Assembly: GCA_964467455.1 (NCBI GenBank)
Contig: CAYXQJ010000017.1
Span: 6,520 to 70,519 of the forward strand
DNA: 64,000 nt
Source: an uncultured Hyphomicrobiales bacterium
GTDB lineage: Bacteria > Bacteroidota > Ignavibacteria > Kapaibacteriales > Kapaibacteriaceae
Direction: 5' to 3'
A program made the translations under genes and the position numbers. Shown here one piece after another: positions 37,294-45,505 of this stretch. Each line of letters begins with the position of its first letter. Position 1 is the first letter of the stretch. A model generated the notes under the pieces. It was not told the DNA's origin. It was given only the letters and a program-made list of their open reading frames with translations, and did not search any database.

Positions 37294-39126
37294 CTAAACA
37301 GGTACGTGAAGCGGGACGTTCAAGCGTGGTGCGGGCGCTGCCAGCAAGTCGGCCACGGCCACCCACCAGAGATACGTTTCGGGAATGTGGTGGACGTGTT
37401 CGCCGAACGCTTCGTCCACCGCCTGATTGACACCCGGAAATTGCGGATTGTTGTAGTCGTGGCCGCAGATGATTCCAGCGTCGTGCATGTGATGTTTCCA
37501 CACGCCGATCGACTGCTTGACTTCTTCGTAGTTGTGGCCGGCGTCGAGGAACAGGAGATCGATCTTCGAGCCGCGCCACTTGCGGCCGATGTCGTCCACG
37601 TCTCCTTCGCGCTGGATGATGCGGTGATTGAGGTAGCGAGCCGTGTTCGCGCGGAAGATCGACTGCAACCAGTCCTTGCCGACTTCCTTGGCCCAGTCAC
37701 CCGTCATGTCCGTCTTCGCACCTTCCCAGGTATCGACGCAGAAGATCAGCACGTCGTCGGCGCCGTCGGGAATCGCTTTGGCCATCGACACGGCCGACTC
37801 GCCGACCCACGAACCGAGCTCGACGATCGTGGTGGGGGAACCGTGCGCGTGGCAGCGGTCGTAGACTTGGCGCGCGAGCTGGCCGAGCGCCTTGAGATCT
37901 AGGCGGCCGGTGCGGAAGGCCAGCGACATGCAGCCGAGTTCGGGATCGAAGCAGGTGGTGATGTGGGGCGGATTGTGCCGCGGGTTGTTGGGATCGAACT
38001 TCCAGGGGGTTTCCTTGGGAAGTGCTGAGGCGTGCATGTCCGGCCCCGTCAAGATTACTTGCTCCTCGCTTGCGCCGACTGGAATGCGGAACCGTGGCAT
38101 CTCCACCGTCGGCCCGTCATTCCCCTGGCCGTTCACCGTCGGGCAGGCATGGCCATTCGTGTCGGCATGCCCGTTCTGCGGCGGCACAGCAAAATCCCCG
38201 GACTTGAAGATCCCGCCCGACTCCACCACCACCGGCTGCATACCACCGGTTTTGTCGGCCGCCTTCTTGGCCTCGTATTCCTCGATCACCAGCTTCTTGT
38301 ACTTCTCGCTCACCGCGTCGGGCGAAAGCAGCGCCGGCGGGCCAACCAGTTCGCGCTTCCAGTGCCCTGCCCAAGCCGACCAGTGGCAATACTGCTTCAC
38401 GCCAGCCAGCGACAGATCGCGCGTGCAAGCAACATCCTCGGTGCTGGCCTTCTGCAGTTCCCGCTTGTCGCTCCACTCGTAGAACGTGTAGGGCGGTTCC
38501 ACCTTGTCGAAGGCCTGCATGTCGAACAGGATCACGCCAGTCGGCAAGGCCGCGACTTCGCGGATGCCACGGAGCTTGGCCGCTTCTTCCCGCGGGATCA
38601 TCTCGAGCGAGATTAGTGGATTGATGCCAGACGACTTCGTACACCACTGGAAGACGTAGACGCATTGCTCGGGGCTCGGGCCGCAGTAGGGCGCCGCGAT
38701 CACAGCCGGCGTGCCCGCCTCGCGCTGCTTCACCAGGAACGTGAAGGCCGTCGGCAGGAACGGAACCATCTGCGGCGACTCGAGCAGTCGGCTGCGGTTC
38801 GGGTTGCTCGGCAGGCACATGTCCGGCGCGTTGTCCGAATCGAGCATGAGCAAGAAATCGGCACCGCACAGCCTGGCGATCTCGATCGCCCGGTTGCGCG
38901 TCATCGTGATCGGCGTGTCGTTGAACTTCTGCGACTGGATTTCGGGATCGCAGAGCGGATGCTGCTTCATCGCGCAGACGTTCGTGACGAGCCAGTCGGC
39001 GAGATCGGATTCCTCGAGGCCGCCGTAGGGGAATCGCGCAATGAACAGTTTGTACCGCTTCTGTTCAACGGTGGCGGGCGCGGCCGGCGCAGCCGGATTG
39101 ATGGTTGGCGAGGTATCCGTGCTCAT
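37294..39126 (-). CDS. fusion protein: GT-A glycosyltransferase-like N-terminal domain plus class I SAM-dependent methyltransferase C-terminal domain
   Basis: N-terminal half has DFLLMLDSDNAP (DxD) and ASTEDVACTRDL (GT2-like ED motif). C-terminal half has IVELGSWVGESAV (SAM-binding G-x-G type) and LLFLDAGHNYEEV...ICGHDY (Methyltransf_24-like). Confidence 0.7.
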   Translation of the reverse strand: MSTDTSPTINPAAPAAPATVEQKRYKLFIARFPYGGLEESDLADWLVTNVCAMKQHPLCDPEIQSQKFNDTPITMTRNRAIEIARLCGADFLLMLDSDNAPDMCLPSNPNRSRLLESPQMVPFLPTAFTFLVKQREAGTPAVIAAPYCGPSPEQCVYVFQWCTKSSGINPLISLEMIPREEAAKLRGIREVAALPTGVILFDMQAFDKVEPPYTFYEWSDKRELQKASTEDVACTRDLSLAGVKQYCHWSAWAGHWKRELVGPPALLSPDAVSEKYKKLVIEEYEAKKAADKTGGMQPVVVESGGIFKSGDFAVPPQNGHADTNGHACPTVNGQGNDGPTVEMPRFRIPVGASEEQVILTGPDMHASALPKETPWKFDPNNPRHNPPHITTCFDPELGCMSLAFRTGRLDLKALGQLARQVYDRCHAHGSPTTIVELGSWVGESAVSMAKAIPDGADDVLIFCVDTWEGAKTDMTGDWAKEVGKDWLQSIFRANTARYLNHRIIQREGDVDDIGRKWRGSKIDLLFLDAGHNYEEVKQSIGVWKHHMHDAGIICGHDYNNPQFPGVNQAVDEAFGEHVHHIPETYLWWVAVADLLAAPAPRLNVPLHVPV

Positions 39127-39171
39127 GTCGATGCTCCATGCTCGGGTGGCGTTGGTGGGGAAAGGGTGGGT

Positions 39172-39211
39172 GATTCAAACCACACGGGAAGGTGCGACGC
39201 TCCCCGTGTGG
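39172..39211 (-). terminator. hairpin, possible terminator or attenuator after the capsid genes
   Basis: 9-bp stem CCACACGGG (39180-39188) / CCCGTGTGG (39203-39211). On the minus strand it is followed by TTTGAATC. The U tract is weak. Confidence 0.35.
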
Positions 39212-39430
39212 CCCCCTTTCCATGCACCCGCCATCGCGGAGCACGATCGTCGCTCCGTTCGCATGAGGCCAAGCGCGGAAAGAGTGGGGCTTGAGACGCC
39301 GAGAATCGGCGATGGATCAGTGATGGAAGCAAGCGGCGCTAGAGCAGCCGGCCGGTCCATCGAATTGAACAGGGGGGAATTCATTCGATGCCCTTGCGGA
39401 GCGAACGGATTGTCGATCAGCGAGTGGCGA

Positions 39431-40000
39431 TTACCACTTGCCGACGTTGACGAGTACGTTCCCTCCCTCGCTGGTGGTTTTTGCCGACAAGGCGCGGCCA
39501 ATGAGATGTTGAATCTGCCCGCCGAGCACGGCCGTCGCGCCAGTGAGATCCTGCAGTTCGGCACGGCCTGCCGTCGTGGCACCGGAAGTCGCCGCCGTTT
39601 GGCTGACGAGCTTGGCACCAACGGTGAGCAGCGTGGCAGCGCCCGTCGTGACGCCCTGGGCGATCAAAGCGGGGCCACCGACCACGACGTAATAGGCGTC
39701 GTCCACGGCAGCGCCAGCGGCCGGCAACTTCTCGTCCGCCGGGTAGCATTCCTGCGCGGTGGTATGCGCCATGCCCGTCGTGATGATGCCGTACTTGTTG
39801 GCCGCCGTGGACATGATCTGCAGACGCGCGGGCAGGGCTACCGCAGCAGCACCGTTGCGCACGAGTCGCAATCGCACCATCCGGCCTGTGCCGTAGGTGT
39901 CATCCTCGATCTCGTACTCGCGCCCGAGCAAGCCTTCGAAGGCCGCATACGGATGCGATTCACCGCGAGGGAACGGCAGGGTTTCTTGCTTGTTCGACAT
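39431..40000 (-). CDS. possible head decoration or cement protein (189 aa)
   Basis: Directly downstream of the major capsid gene. GGAGAG upstream of the ATG. Ala/Gly/Thr-rich beta-type sequence. Called by position only. Confidence 0.4.
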   Translation of the reverse strand: MSNKQETLPFPRGESHPYAAFEGLLGREYEIEDDTYGTGRMVRLRLVRNGAAAVALPARLQIMSTAANKYGIITTGMAHTTAQECYPADEKLPAAGAAVDDAYYVVVGGPALIAQGVTTGAATLLTVGAKLVSQTAATSGATTAGRAELQDLTGATAVLGGQIQHLIGRALSAKTTSEGGNVLVNVGKW

Positions 40001-40079
40001 CGAGACTCTCCGGCGAGAGTAGAGTGTGGGTGATCGGCGGTATCGTGTCCTGGCTGCCTGAAATCAGGGGGCCAAGTGA

Positions 40080-41201
40080 CTAGGTGGCGTAGTTCTCGAG
40101 CTTGCCCTGGAATCGTGGGTTGGCCTTGAGGTTGCCGTAGAAGTCGATCGACATGCGATACGACTGGCTGCCCGGATCGAAATCGGGGCCCTCGGCAACG
40201 AACAACTGCTTCTGCCACGAGAGCAACTGCAGGTGGTCGATGTTGATGCCGTAACCGGTGTTGGCCGGCATGCCGTATTCGCTGGTGATCTCGGCACCGT
40301 CGAAGTTGACGGTATCGCTGAAACCGAAGCTCATCAGCGAACCGGTCGGCGAGCCCTGCTTCGACAGGAACCGCTCGTTGTCGTCGAGCAAGTTCAGGAA
40401 GTCGATGTACAGGGACTTCTCGAGCATGACGAGATCCATCATGCCCTTCTTGGTTTTGTTGCGGTGCGAGTATTGCAACAGGAAGCGAACCGCCTCCTTG
40501 CCCGTCACACCGAAGGTGTCGCCCGAGGCCGCCCAGCCATCGCTGGACCAGTTCACCAGCAGCGGCGACCACGAATCGTAGGACTGATCGACGCTCGCGA
40601 CACCGTTCGGGAAGCTACCCGTCCACGTGCCGCCGAGGCCGCCGAGTGCGGTGGACAAACCGGCGTAGGTGGCGCTGGGAGCAGCCACCAAATCGGCGGC
40701 AGTTGCGGAACGCTCGGCACCCGTCGAGATATTGATCGTGTTGCCGGCATCGGCCAGGAAACTCTCGAAGCCGTGAATTCGCTTCGAGTTTCCGGTGGCA
40801 TTGCCGTCGATGTACATTTCATCGCAGAAGGCGTCTTCGAAGTCTTCCCGCTGCGTGTCGGCGAGTTCGGAGAAGAACTTGACGATCGCCTCCGTGCCCT
40901 TGTTCATCAGCCGCTCTTTCTTGGTGGCCGATTCGCCCGCGATGTAGCCGCGGATGTCGAGTTCGGCAACCTTCCAGCGGTTGCGGCGAGGGAAGGCGAG
41001 CGTGTCGGCATCGCCAAAGCCCATGAGCGGGGCACGCTTGTAGCGCACACGCCAGTCGATGCCCTTGCCGGTGCATCCGTACTTCACACGGCCGCGCCCC
41101 TGCAACAATGCAGTGAGCTTGCGGTTGCGCATGATGTTGGCTTCTTCATCGCGCAGATGATTGTTGATCGTCGTGTTTGTTACACGTGTCCACTCAGCCA
41201 T
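40080..41201 (-). CDS. major capsid protein (373 aa)
   Basis: Size and position after the scaffold-like gene. GGAG upstream of the ATG. The sequence pattern is typical of HK97-fold capsids as I recall them. Not verified. Confidence 0.7.
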   Translation of the reverse strand: MAEWTRVTNTTINNHLRDEEANIMRNRKLTALLQGRGRVKYGCTGKGIDWRVRYKRAPLMGFGDADTLAFPRRNRWKVAELDIRGYIAGESATKKERLMNKGTEAIVKFFSELADTQREDFEDAFCDEMYIDGNATGNSKRIHGFESFLADAGNTINISTGAERSATAADLVAAPSATYAGLSTALGGLGGTWTGSFPNGVASVDQSYDSWSPLLVNWSSDGWAASGDTFGVTGKEAVRFLLQYSHRNKTKKGMMDLVMLEKSLYIDFLNLLDDNERFLSKQGSPTGSLMSFGFSDTVNFDGAEITSEYGMPANTGYGINIDHLQLLSWQKQLFVAEGPDFDPGSQSYRMSIDFYGNLKANPRFQGKLENYAT

Positions 41202-41234
41202 CGCTCAGACTCCGGTTGGGGAGTGTGGTGGGAC

Positions 41235-42527
41235 TTAATAGTCCTTGAAAGTTCCGTCGCCGATCCCGGTCGAAGCGAAAGCGTGTCGCAGCTTTTCTTC
41301 GAGCGAGGCGCTGGGGTTCTGCGATGGAACGGAGCCTGGACGAGGGGGAGCGGGAGCCAAGGTGCCACCGGCATCGGGCGTGTAGCCCGCCGCGCGTCGA
41401 ATGAACTCGGCATCGGCCGCATGGCCGTTCGAGTGCTGACTTAGCGCGGGTGCTGGCGGCGGAACGGCGGGGGCTGTCGCTGGCCCTTGTCCGCCGGTGT
41501 TCGGGGCATACTGACCGAGTTGTGCGCGGCGGGATTCGATCCAACGCTGCGCGACTTCTCGCTGCAAGCCTGTGGGGAGACCCTGATCGGTGAGGGCCTT
41601 GATGTACTGTGCGAGCTGCTCGCCTTCCGCGCTGCGCACCGGGGCGCGAGTCTGCGGATCGTAGATCACCTGGCCCTGCTGATTTCGAATGAACAGCAAG
41701 TCGGCATTTTGCTCAAGAAAAGCCGCCGTTCTCTGCGATTCGCTGACGTTGCCATACGCCCGCTGCACCTGCTGGAGCACCGCCTGTTCGATCTCGGCAC
41801 GCTGCTGCTCGAGCGGCGACTGCGAGACGAAGCGGTTGATGAAGGCGGCGGGATCGTTGAGGAAAGACTTGAGCTGATCGTTTTCCCACTTCTGCCGACG
41901 CTTGATGTCTTGCACCACCGTCGGAGAAGCGCCGGGCAACGGAATCAGCCGGCCTTGCTCGTCGCGCGTGACTTCGTTCAGCCAACCGTCATCCCACGGC
42001 GGGGCTTGCCACTCCGGCTTCGCGGGCGCCGCTGGGGCACCACCGGCCGGCGCACTCGCGGGAGCCATCTGCTCCTGCTGGCGACGGGCAATGAATTCTT
42101 CAAATTCGCGGGCATTTTGTAGGTACCGTTGGCCATATTCGGCCATCTGCCGCTGCTGATCCGCGACTCGAGCATGCGACACGATGGCCGCAAACGCTTC
42201 GTTCGGATCCGCGTACCGACTGAGATCGATACCGTGCTGCTTCGCCGCGTCGTGAATCGACCAAGGAGCAGGGGCGGCGGGCGAAGCTGGAGCACCGCCG
42301 ACGGCAGTACCCCCGGACGGTGTTTCTGCGCCCGCCGCGCCGGCGCCTGAATCGCCGCTGTCGTCCCAGCCCTCGCGATCAAGCGTCAGGCCAGGGCTAG
42401 AATAGTCGGATGCCGATACGGATGGCGTGGAAGGAGGCGCAGAAACTGCAGGAGTCGTAGCCGAAACCGGCGGCGCAGCGCCAGCATCGGGTGCAGCCTG
42501 GCCAACATTGTTCAGTTCATCCGCCAT
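41235..42527 (-). CDS. putative scaffolding protein
   Basis: Upstream of the capsid gene. Disordered Ala/Pro/Ser N-terminus followed by helical Q/E/R-rich regions. ATG at 42527 chosen (MADELNN). The tracked ORF starts at the TTG at 42575. Confidence 0.5.
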   Translation of the reverse strand: MADELNNVGQAAPDAGAAPPVSATTPAVSAPPSTPSVSASDYSSPGLTLDREGWDDSGDSGAGAAGAETPSGGTAVGGAPASPAAPAPWSIHDAAKQHGIDLSRYADPNEAFAAIVSHARVADQQRQMAEYGQRYLQNAREFEEFIARRQQEQMAPASAPAGGAPAAPAKPEWQAPPWDDGWLNEVTRDEQGRLIPLPGASPTVVQDIKRRQKWENDQLKSFLNDPAAFINRFVSQSPLEQQRAEIEQAVLQQVQRAYGNVSESQRTAAFLEQNADLLFIRNQQGQVIYDPQTRAPVRSAEGEQLAQYIKALTDQGLPTGLQREVAQRWIESRRAQLGQYAPNTGGQGPATAPAVPPPAPALSQHSNGHAADAEFIRRAAGYTPDAGGTLAPAPPRPGSVPSQNPSASLEEKLRHAFASTGIGDGTFKDY

Positions 42528-42733
42528 CGTCACTGGGCTCGAGATGATTCGCGTGAATTCAGCGCGATCGCTCAACGCCCGACGATTCTATCCCCGCAGG
42601 TGTCCCAAAAATAATCGACTTCGCAAACGTACAATCCAACTCACTCGCAATCTCACCCGATCGCGACCGCCGCTGCCGATGCTCGCTTCCGCCGTGCCTC
42701 ACTCCACGGCGCAAAATCGGCAGCCTTCCCGAC

Positions 42734-42780
42734 ACGGACTCGGTTGTGCCCCTCGACGCAGCCGAGTCCGTTCTTTTTGC
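42734..42780 (+). terminator. plus-strand Rho-independent terminator in the divergent control region
   Basis: 10-bp stem ACGGACTCGG (42734-42743) / CCGAGTCCGT (42762-42771) followed by TCTTTTTGC. No annotated plus-strand gene lies upstream. Confidence 0.5.
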
Positions 42781-42857
42781 GCGACGCCGCCAACAAATTC
42801 GCGCGATCCTCACGCAAGAATCTCGCACCCCATGCGTAGAAAAACTACGCTGATGCC

Positions 42858-43457
42858 ATGGCACCATCGTCGCGTCGAAAACTGCAGCAGATGAAGGCTC
42901 GAGCCAAGATGCTCAGCCGCGCCGGACTATGCCGATCGTGTGCGATAAACCCAGTCGCACTCGGCAGCCGCAGATGCACCAACTGCCTCGAGAAAGAACG
43001 CGAACGCTCGCTCGAGCGGTACCGCGAACTACACCCCAACGCGAATCGCGTCCCCAGGGAGCCAAAAAATCGACCTGCCCCACCACCCAAACCCGTGCCG
43101 CGCGAAAAGCTCGCCACACCTCAGCCACAGCCCGCCGCAGACACCACCGAAGATCTCATCCCCAACCCCGACATCCCGCCCGGCGCCCGCGTCATCGCCG
43201 AATTCCACTGCCCACTATTTCCACTCCCCAACTACTGCACCTTCGTCGATCAGCCACTCCCGCCCGAAATCGCCAACGCCATCGCCAATCGACACACCAC
43301 ACCCCCCGACACCGACCCAGAAACCCCCGAAGCCTACCGCGGCACCGGACTCGAGCTCCACGGCCCCGCACTCGCCGAATACCGCCGCATCCGAGCCATG
43401 CACGCGGCGGGGATCTTCGACGTGACGTCACCCGAGGCAGAAGCGTTCAAAATCTAA
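42858..43457 (+). CDS. zinc-ribbon protein with a Pro-rich C-terminal half (199 aa)
   Basis: CRSC-x13-CTNC near the N-terminus. Strongly C-ending codons. First plus-strand gene after the divergent region. Confidence 0.55.
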   Translation: MAPSSRRKLQQMKARAKMLSRAGLCRSCAINPVALGSRRCTNCLEKERERSLERYRELHPNANRVPREPKNRPAPPPKPVPREKLATPQPQPAADTTEDLIPNPDIPPGARVIAEFHCPLFPLPNYCTFVDQPLPPEIANAIANRHTTPPDTDPETPEAYRGTGLELHGPALAEYRRIRAMHAAGIFDVTSPEAEAFKI

Positions 43458-43501
43458 CTGTTCTGCCCAGCGCGTACCCCGCGCCAATACCGCGCGGCAT
43501 C

Positions 43502-43697
43502 GGGTAACACAGATTACCTTCGAGGTTACCGTTTTTGGTTACCGGCATTCGCCGAACCCCAGCCACACCAACCACTTCGCCACGGCAACCGGTTGCCGCC
43601 GATGTTACCTTTCGTGTTACCTTTCGCACAGTTCGCACGCACGCCCCGCACGCCCCATATCACACCCAACAAGCCAGCCGTGTAGTTTCAAACTACA
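43502..43697. promoter_or_regulatory. array of GTTACC half-sites and palindromes
   Basis: GGGTAAC 43502, GATTACC 43512, GGTTACC 43524 and 43537, palindrome GGCAACCGGTTGCC 43584-43597, tandem TGTTACCTTTCG x2 43603-43626, palindrome TGTAGTTTcAAACTACA 43681-43697. Confidence 0.6.
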
Positions 43698-43828
43698 TTT
43701 TCAGCTACCCCCCCCGCCCGAGCCAGCCGCAGGCTACTTGCCCCCAAGCCCGCCGCAGGCGTACCATCACCCCTGCCAAGGCAAGCTAATTTCCAGACCA
43801 CGCCCCCCCACAGTGCGACGAGAACAAC

Positions 43829-44134
43829 ATGGCCAAGAAAAAGAAGGCAACACCAGGCAAGCAAAAGAGCCGGGACTACCAATACTTCGATATGTGGCAC
43901 AAAGAGCCACGCAAACTGCTCGAAGAAATCGATGGCATGAAGTCGATCCTCACCACCTACGCCGAGGAACTAGCCAACGAAGGCGACTACCGCATGGCAA
44001 TGGCACTCGCAGTCACCAGCAGCCTCGCAACAATCGTCTACATCTTGGCACTAAAACAACTTCCACTCGAAAGCGAACTCAGCGACGAAGAAATCAGGGA
44101 CACCATCACAAGGGTTGAGCAACTGGCCAGTTAA
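43829..44134 (+). CDS. hypothetical protein (101 aa)
   Basis: ATG ORF with a Lys-rich N-terminus and a helical remainder. Weak SD. Confidence 0.5.
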   Translation: MAKKKKATPGKQKSRDYQYFDMWHKEPRKLLEEIDGMKSILTTYAEELANEGDYRMAMALAVTSSLATIVYILALKQLPLESELSDEEIRDTITRVEQLAS

Positions 44135-44340
44135 GACCGCCCAGGTTAACAGCGATTTGGGTCAAAAATTCCAGCCGCCGCACAAATACCCATAACGCGG
44201 GCTCGCGGGGCCGCCACCCTACCCCCTCCCCCCGTCCGCCTAACTGCCGACCATTGCCCAGCTTACGGTTGTCCTCGATTTCGTCAGCAACTACCGTGCC
44301 ACTGCCAGCCGTCAGGCATGCGTACCCAGCCCGAGGCGAT

Positions 44341-44380
44341 TTTTTGACTCATCAAAATTGCATTTTTGACTCATCAAAAT
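44341..44380. promoter_or_regulatory. two identical 18-bp palindromic operator-like sites
   Basis: TTTTTGACTCATCAAAAT at 44341-44358 and 44363-44380 (22-bp period). Each contains TTTTGA-ctca-TCAAAA and a TTGACT hexamer. Confidence 0.6.
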
Positions 44381-44426
44381 CTCATCACAACCTATTACCC
44401 CTCATACACTTGCAAGGTTTCAGCAT

Positions 44427-44600
44427 AGTGGTGGGGGCTGGTGTGGAATTGTGGGGGAATAGTGGTGGGGCAGGGGGAGAATAGGGGGCTGGTGCGGTGG
44501 TGGTGTGCGGTGTGGTGTGGCTGGCATCATGCCAGTGGTGGGGCAGTGGTGGGCTGGTGGGCTGGCAGTGAGCTCGGCTGGCTGGCTGGCAGTGGTGGGG
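44427..44600 (+). repeat. G-rich decamer repeats with G-quadruplex potential
   Basis: AGTGGTGGG(G/C) at 44427, 44461, 44534, 44545 and 44591. G4-5 runs at 44433, 44453, 44467, 44473 and 44484. Palindrome CTGGCATcATGCCAG at 44521-44535. Confidence 0.8.
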
Positions 44601-44631
44601 CTGGAATTGAATCGGAATAGGTCACGAATAG
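44457..44631. repeat. GAATAG iteron-like hexamers (4 copies)
   Basis: GAATAG at 44457, 44479, 44615 and 44626. Spacings of 22 and 11 bp within the pairs. Confidence 0.7.
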
Positions 44632-44651
44632 CAGTGATGGGAGATCGGATT

Positions 44652-44909
44652 ATGGGTGGTGGTGGGAAGCGTAGGCGGGTTGTGAAAGCGCGCAGGGGGT
44701 TGGCGGCAATGCCGGCCGAGCGGTTGGCGGAAGTGGCACGGGCTGGCGGGCTGGCTGCGGCGGCAAGCTTGGGTGAGCTCGGCCGGCAGGAGCGGGCGCG
44801 CGCAGGCGGGCTGGCAATTGCTGGTCGGCCGCGGCGGCCGGGCGGCGGGCGGCCGAAGGGGAGTAGGAATAAGGTGAAGCCGGACGAGCTCGATCAGGCT
44901 AGCGAGTAG
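44652..44909 (+). CDS. small basic protein with AT-hook-like GRP motifs (85 aa)
   Basis: ATG at 44652 with GGAG 8 nt upstream (alternative ATG at 44637). GGGGKRRRVVKARR...GRPRRPGGGRPKGSRNK. The upstream part of tracked ORF 44505.. is the G-rich repeat. Confidence 0.5.
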   Translation: MGGGGKRRRVVKARRGLAAMPAERLAEVARAGGLAAAASLGELGRQERARAGGLAIAGRPRRPGGGRPKGSRNKVKPDELDQASE

Positions 44910-44917
44910 CTGGCAGT

Positions 44918-45034
44918 CTATTCGGGGGCTGTTGGTGGGCTATTCCGGGCCCGTTGGCTGGGCTGGCGGGAAAGAATTTTGGGAGTATTTGAGTGCTGTT
45001 TTTAGGCTATTCGGTGGCTATTCTTGGCCTATTC
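44918..45034. repeat. CTATTC iteron-like hexamers (5 copies), inverse orientation to the GAATAG set
   Basis: CTATTC at 44918, 44940, 45007, 45018 and 45029. The last three have an exact 11-bp period (GGCTATTCGGT GGCTATTCTTG GCCTATTCTGA). Confidence 0.75.
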
Positions 45035-45142
45035 TGAAAATATAAGCTTGCAATGGGGACGGACGGACGATAGATTTTCGGTGTGGGCTGGCGAGCACTA
45101 CCGCCGGCCGAGAAGTAGCACTAGAGAATGGGAGATTGGACA

Positions 45143-45388
45143 ATGGCCAAGAATATTGAATTCGCTTGGCGGTACGAACAATGGCAGCGCGATTGTTTGG
45201 ATGAGTACAACGAAAGATTCTGCGAAAATCGGGAATACTGTGAACCGCCCGAGCATGATGTAGACCCAGGCCTGATTGTCGAATTCGGTGAAGACGGGTC
45301 CGCCTATCCGCACGGCATTGGTGGCACAAGCCATATTCCCGATGCCGTGAAGCCATGGCGAGAATCAGAGTGGTTTGTAGCACGGTAA
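45143..45388 (+). CDS. hypothetical protein (81 aa)
   Basis: ATG at 45143, 6 nt after GGGAGAT (MAKNIEFAWRYEQW). Confidence 0.55.
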   Translation: MAKNIEFAWRYEQWQRDCLDEYNERFCENREYCEPPEHDVDPGLIVEFGEDGSAYPHGIGGTSHIPDAVKPWRESEWFVAR

Positions 45389-45401
45389 CGCGCACCGATC
45401 T

Positions 45402-45432
45402 AAGCGCCGTTGGGGTTGCGGCGCTTTGTTCG
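45402..45432 (+). terminator. Rho-independent-type terminator
   Basis: 8-bp stem AAGCGCCG (45402-45409) / CGGCGCTT (45419-45426) followed by TGTTCGG. Confidence 0.5.
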
Positions 45433-45505
45433 GTATGCGTTTACGATCGATCGACGGATTTAGGCGCGCATCACTACTCGCGCCGCCACTATGGGAGATC
45501 AGACA

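Noticed and set aside
42929-43507. 192-aa Arg/Pro/His-rich ORF overlapping 42858..43457
   Set aside because: An alternative frame of a C-rich region. The 42858 frame has the zinc-ribbon motif and a coding-like third-position bias.
44505-44636. Upstream part of ORF 44505..44909
   Set aside because: It is the G-rich decamer repeat block translated (WWAGGLAVSSAGWLAVVG). A start with an SD exists at 44652.
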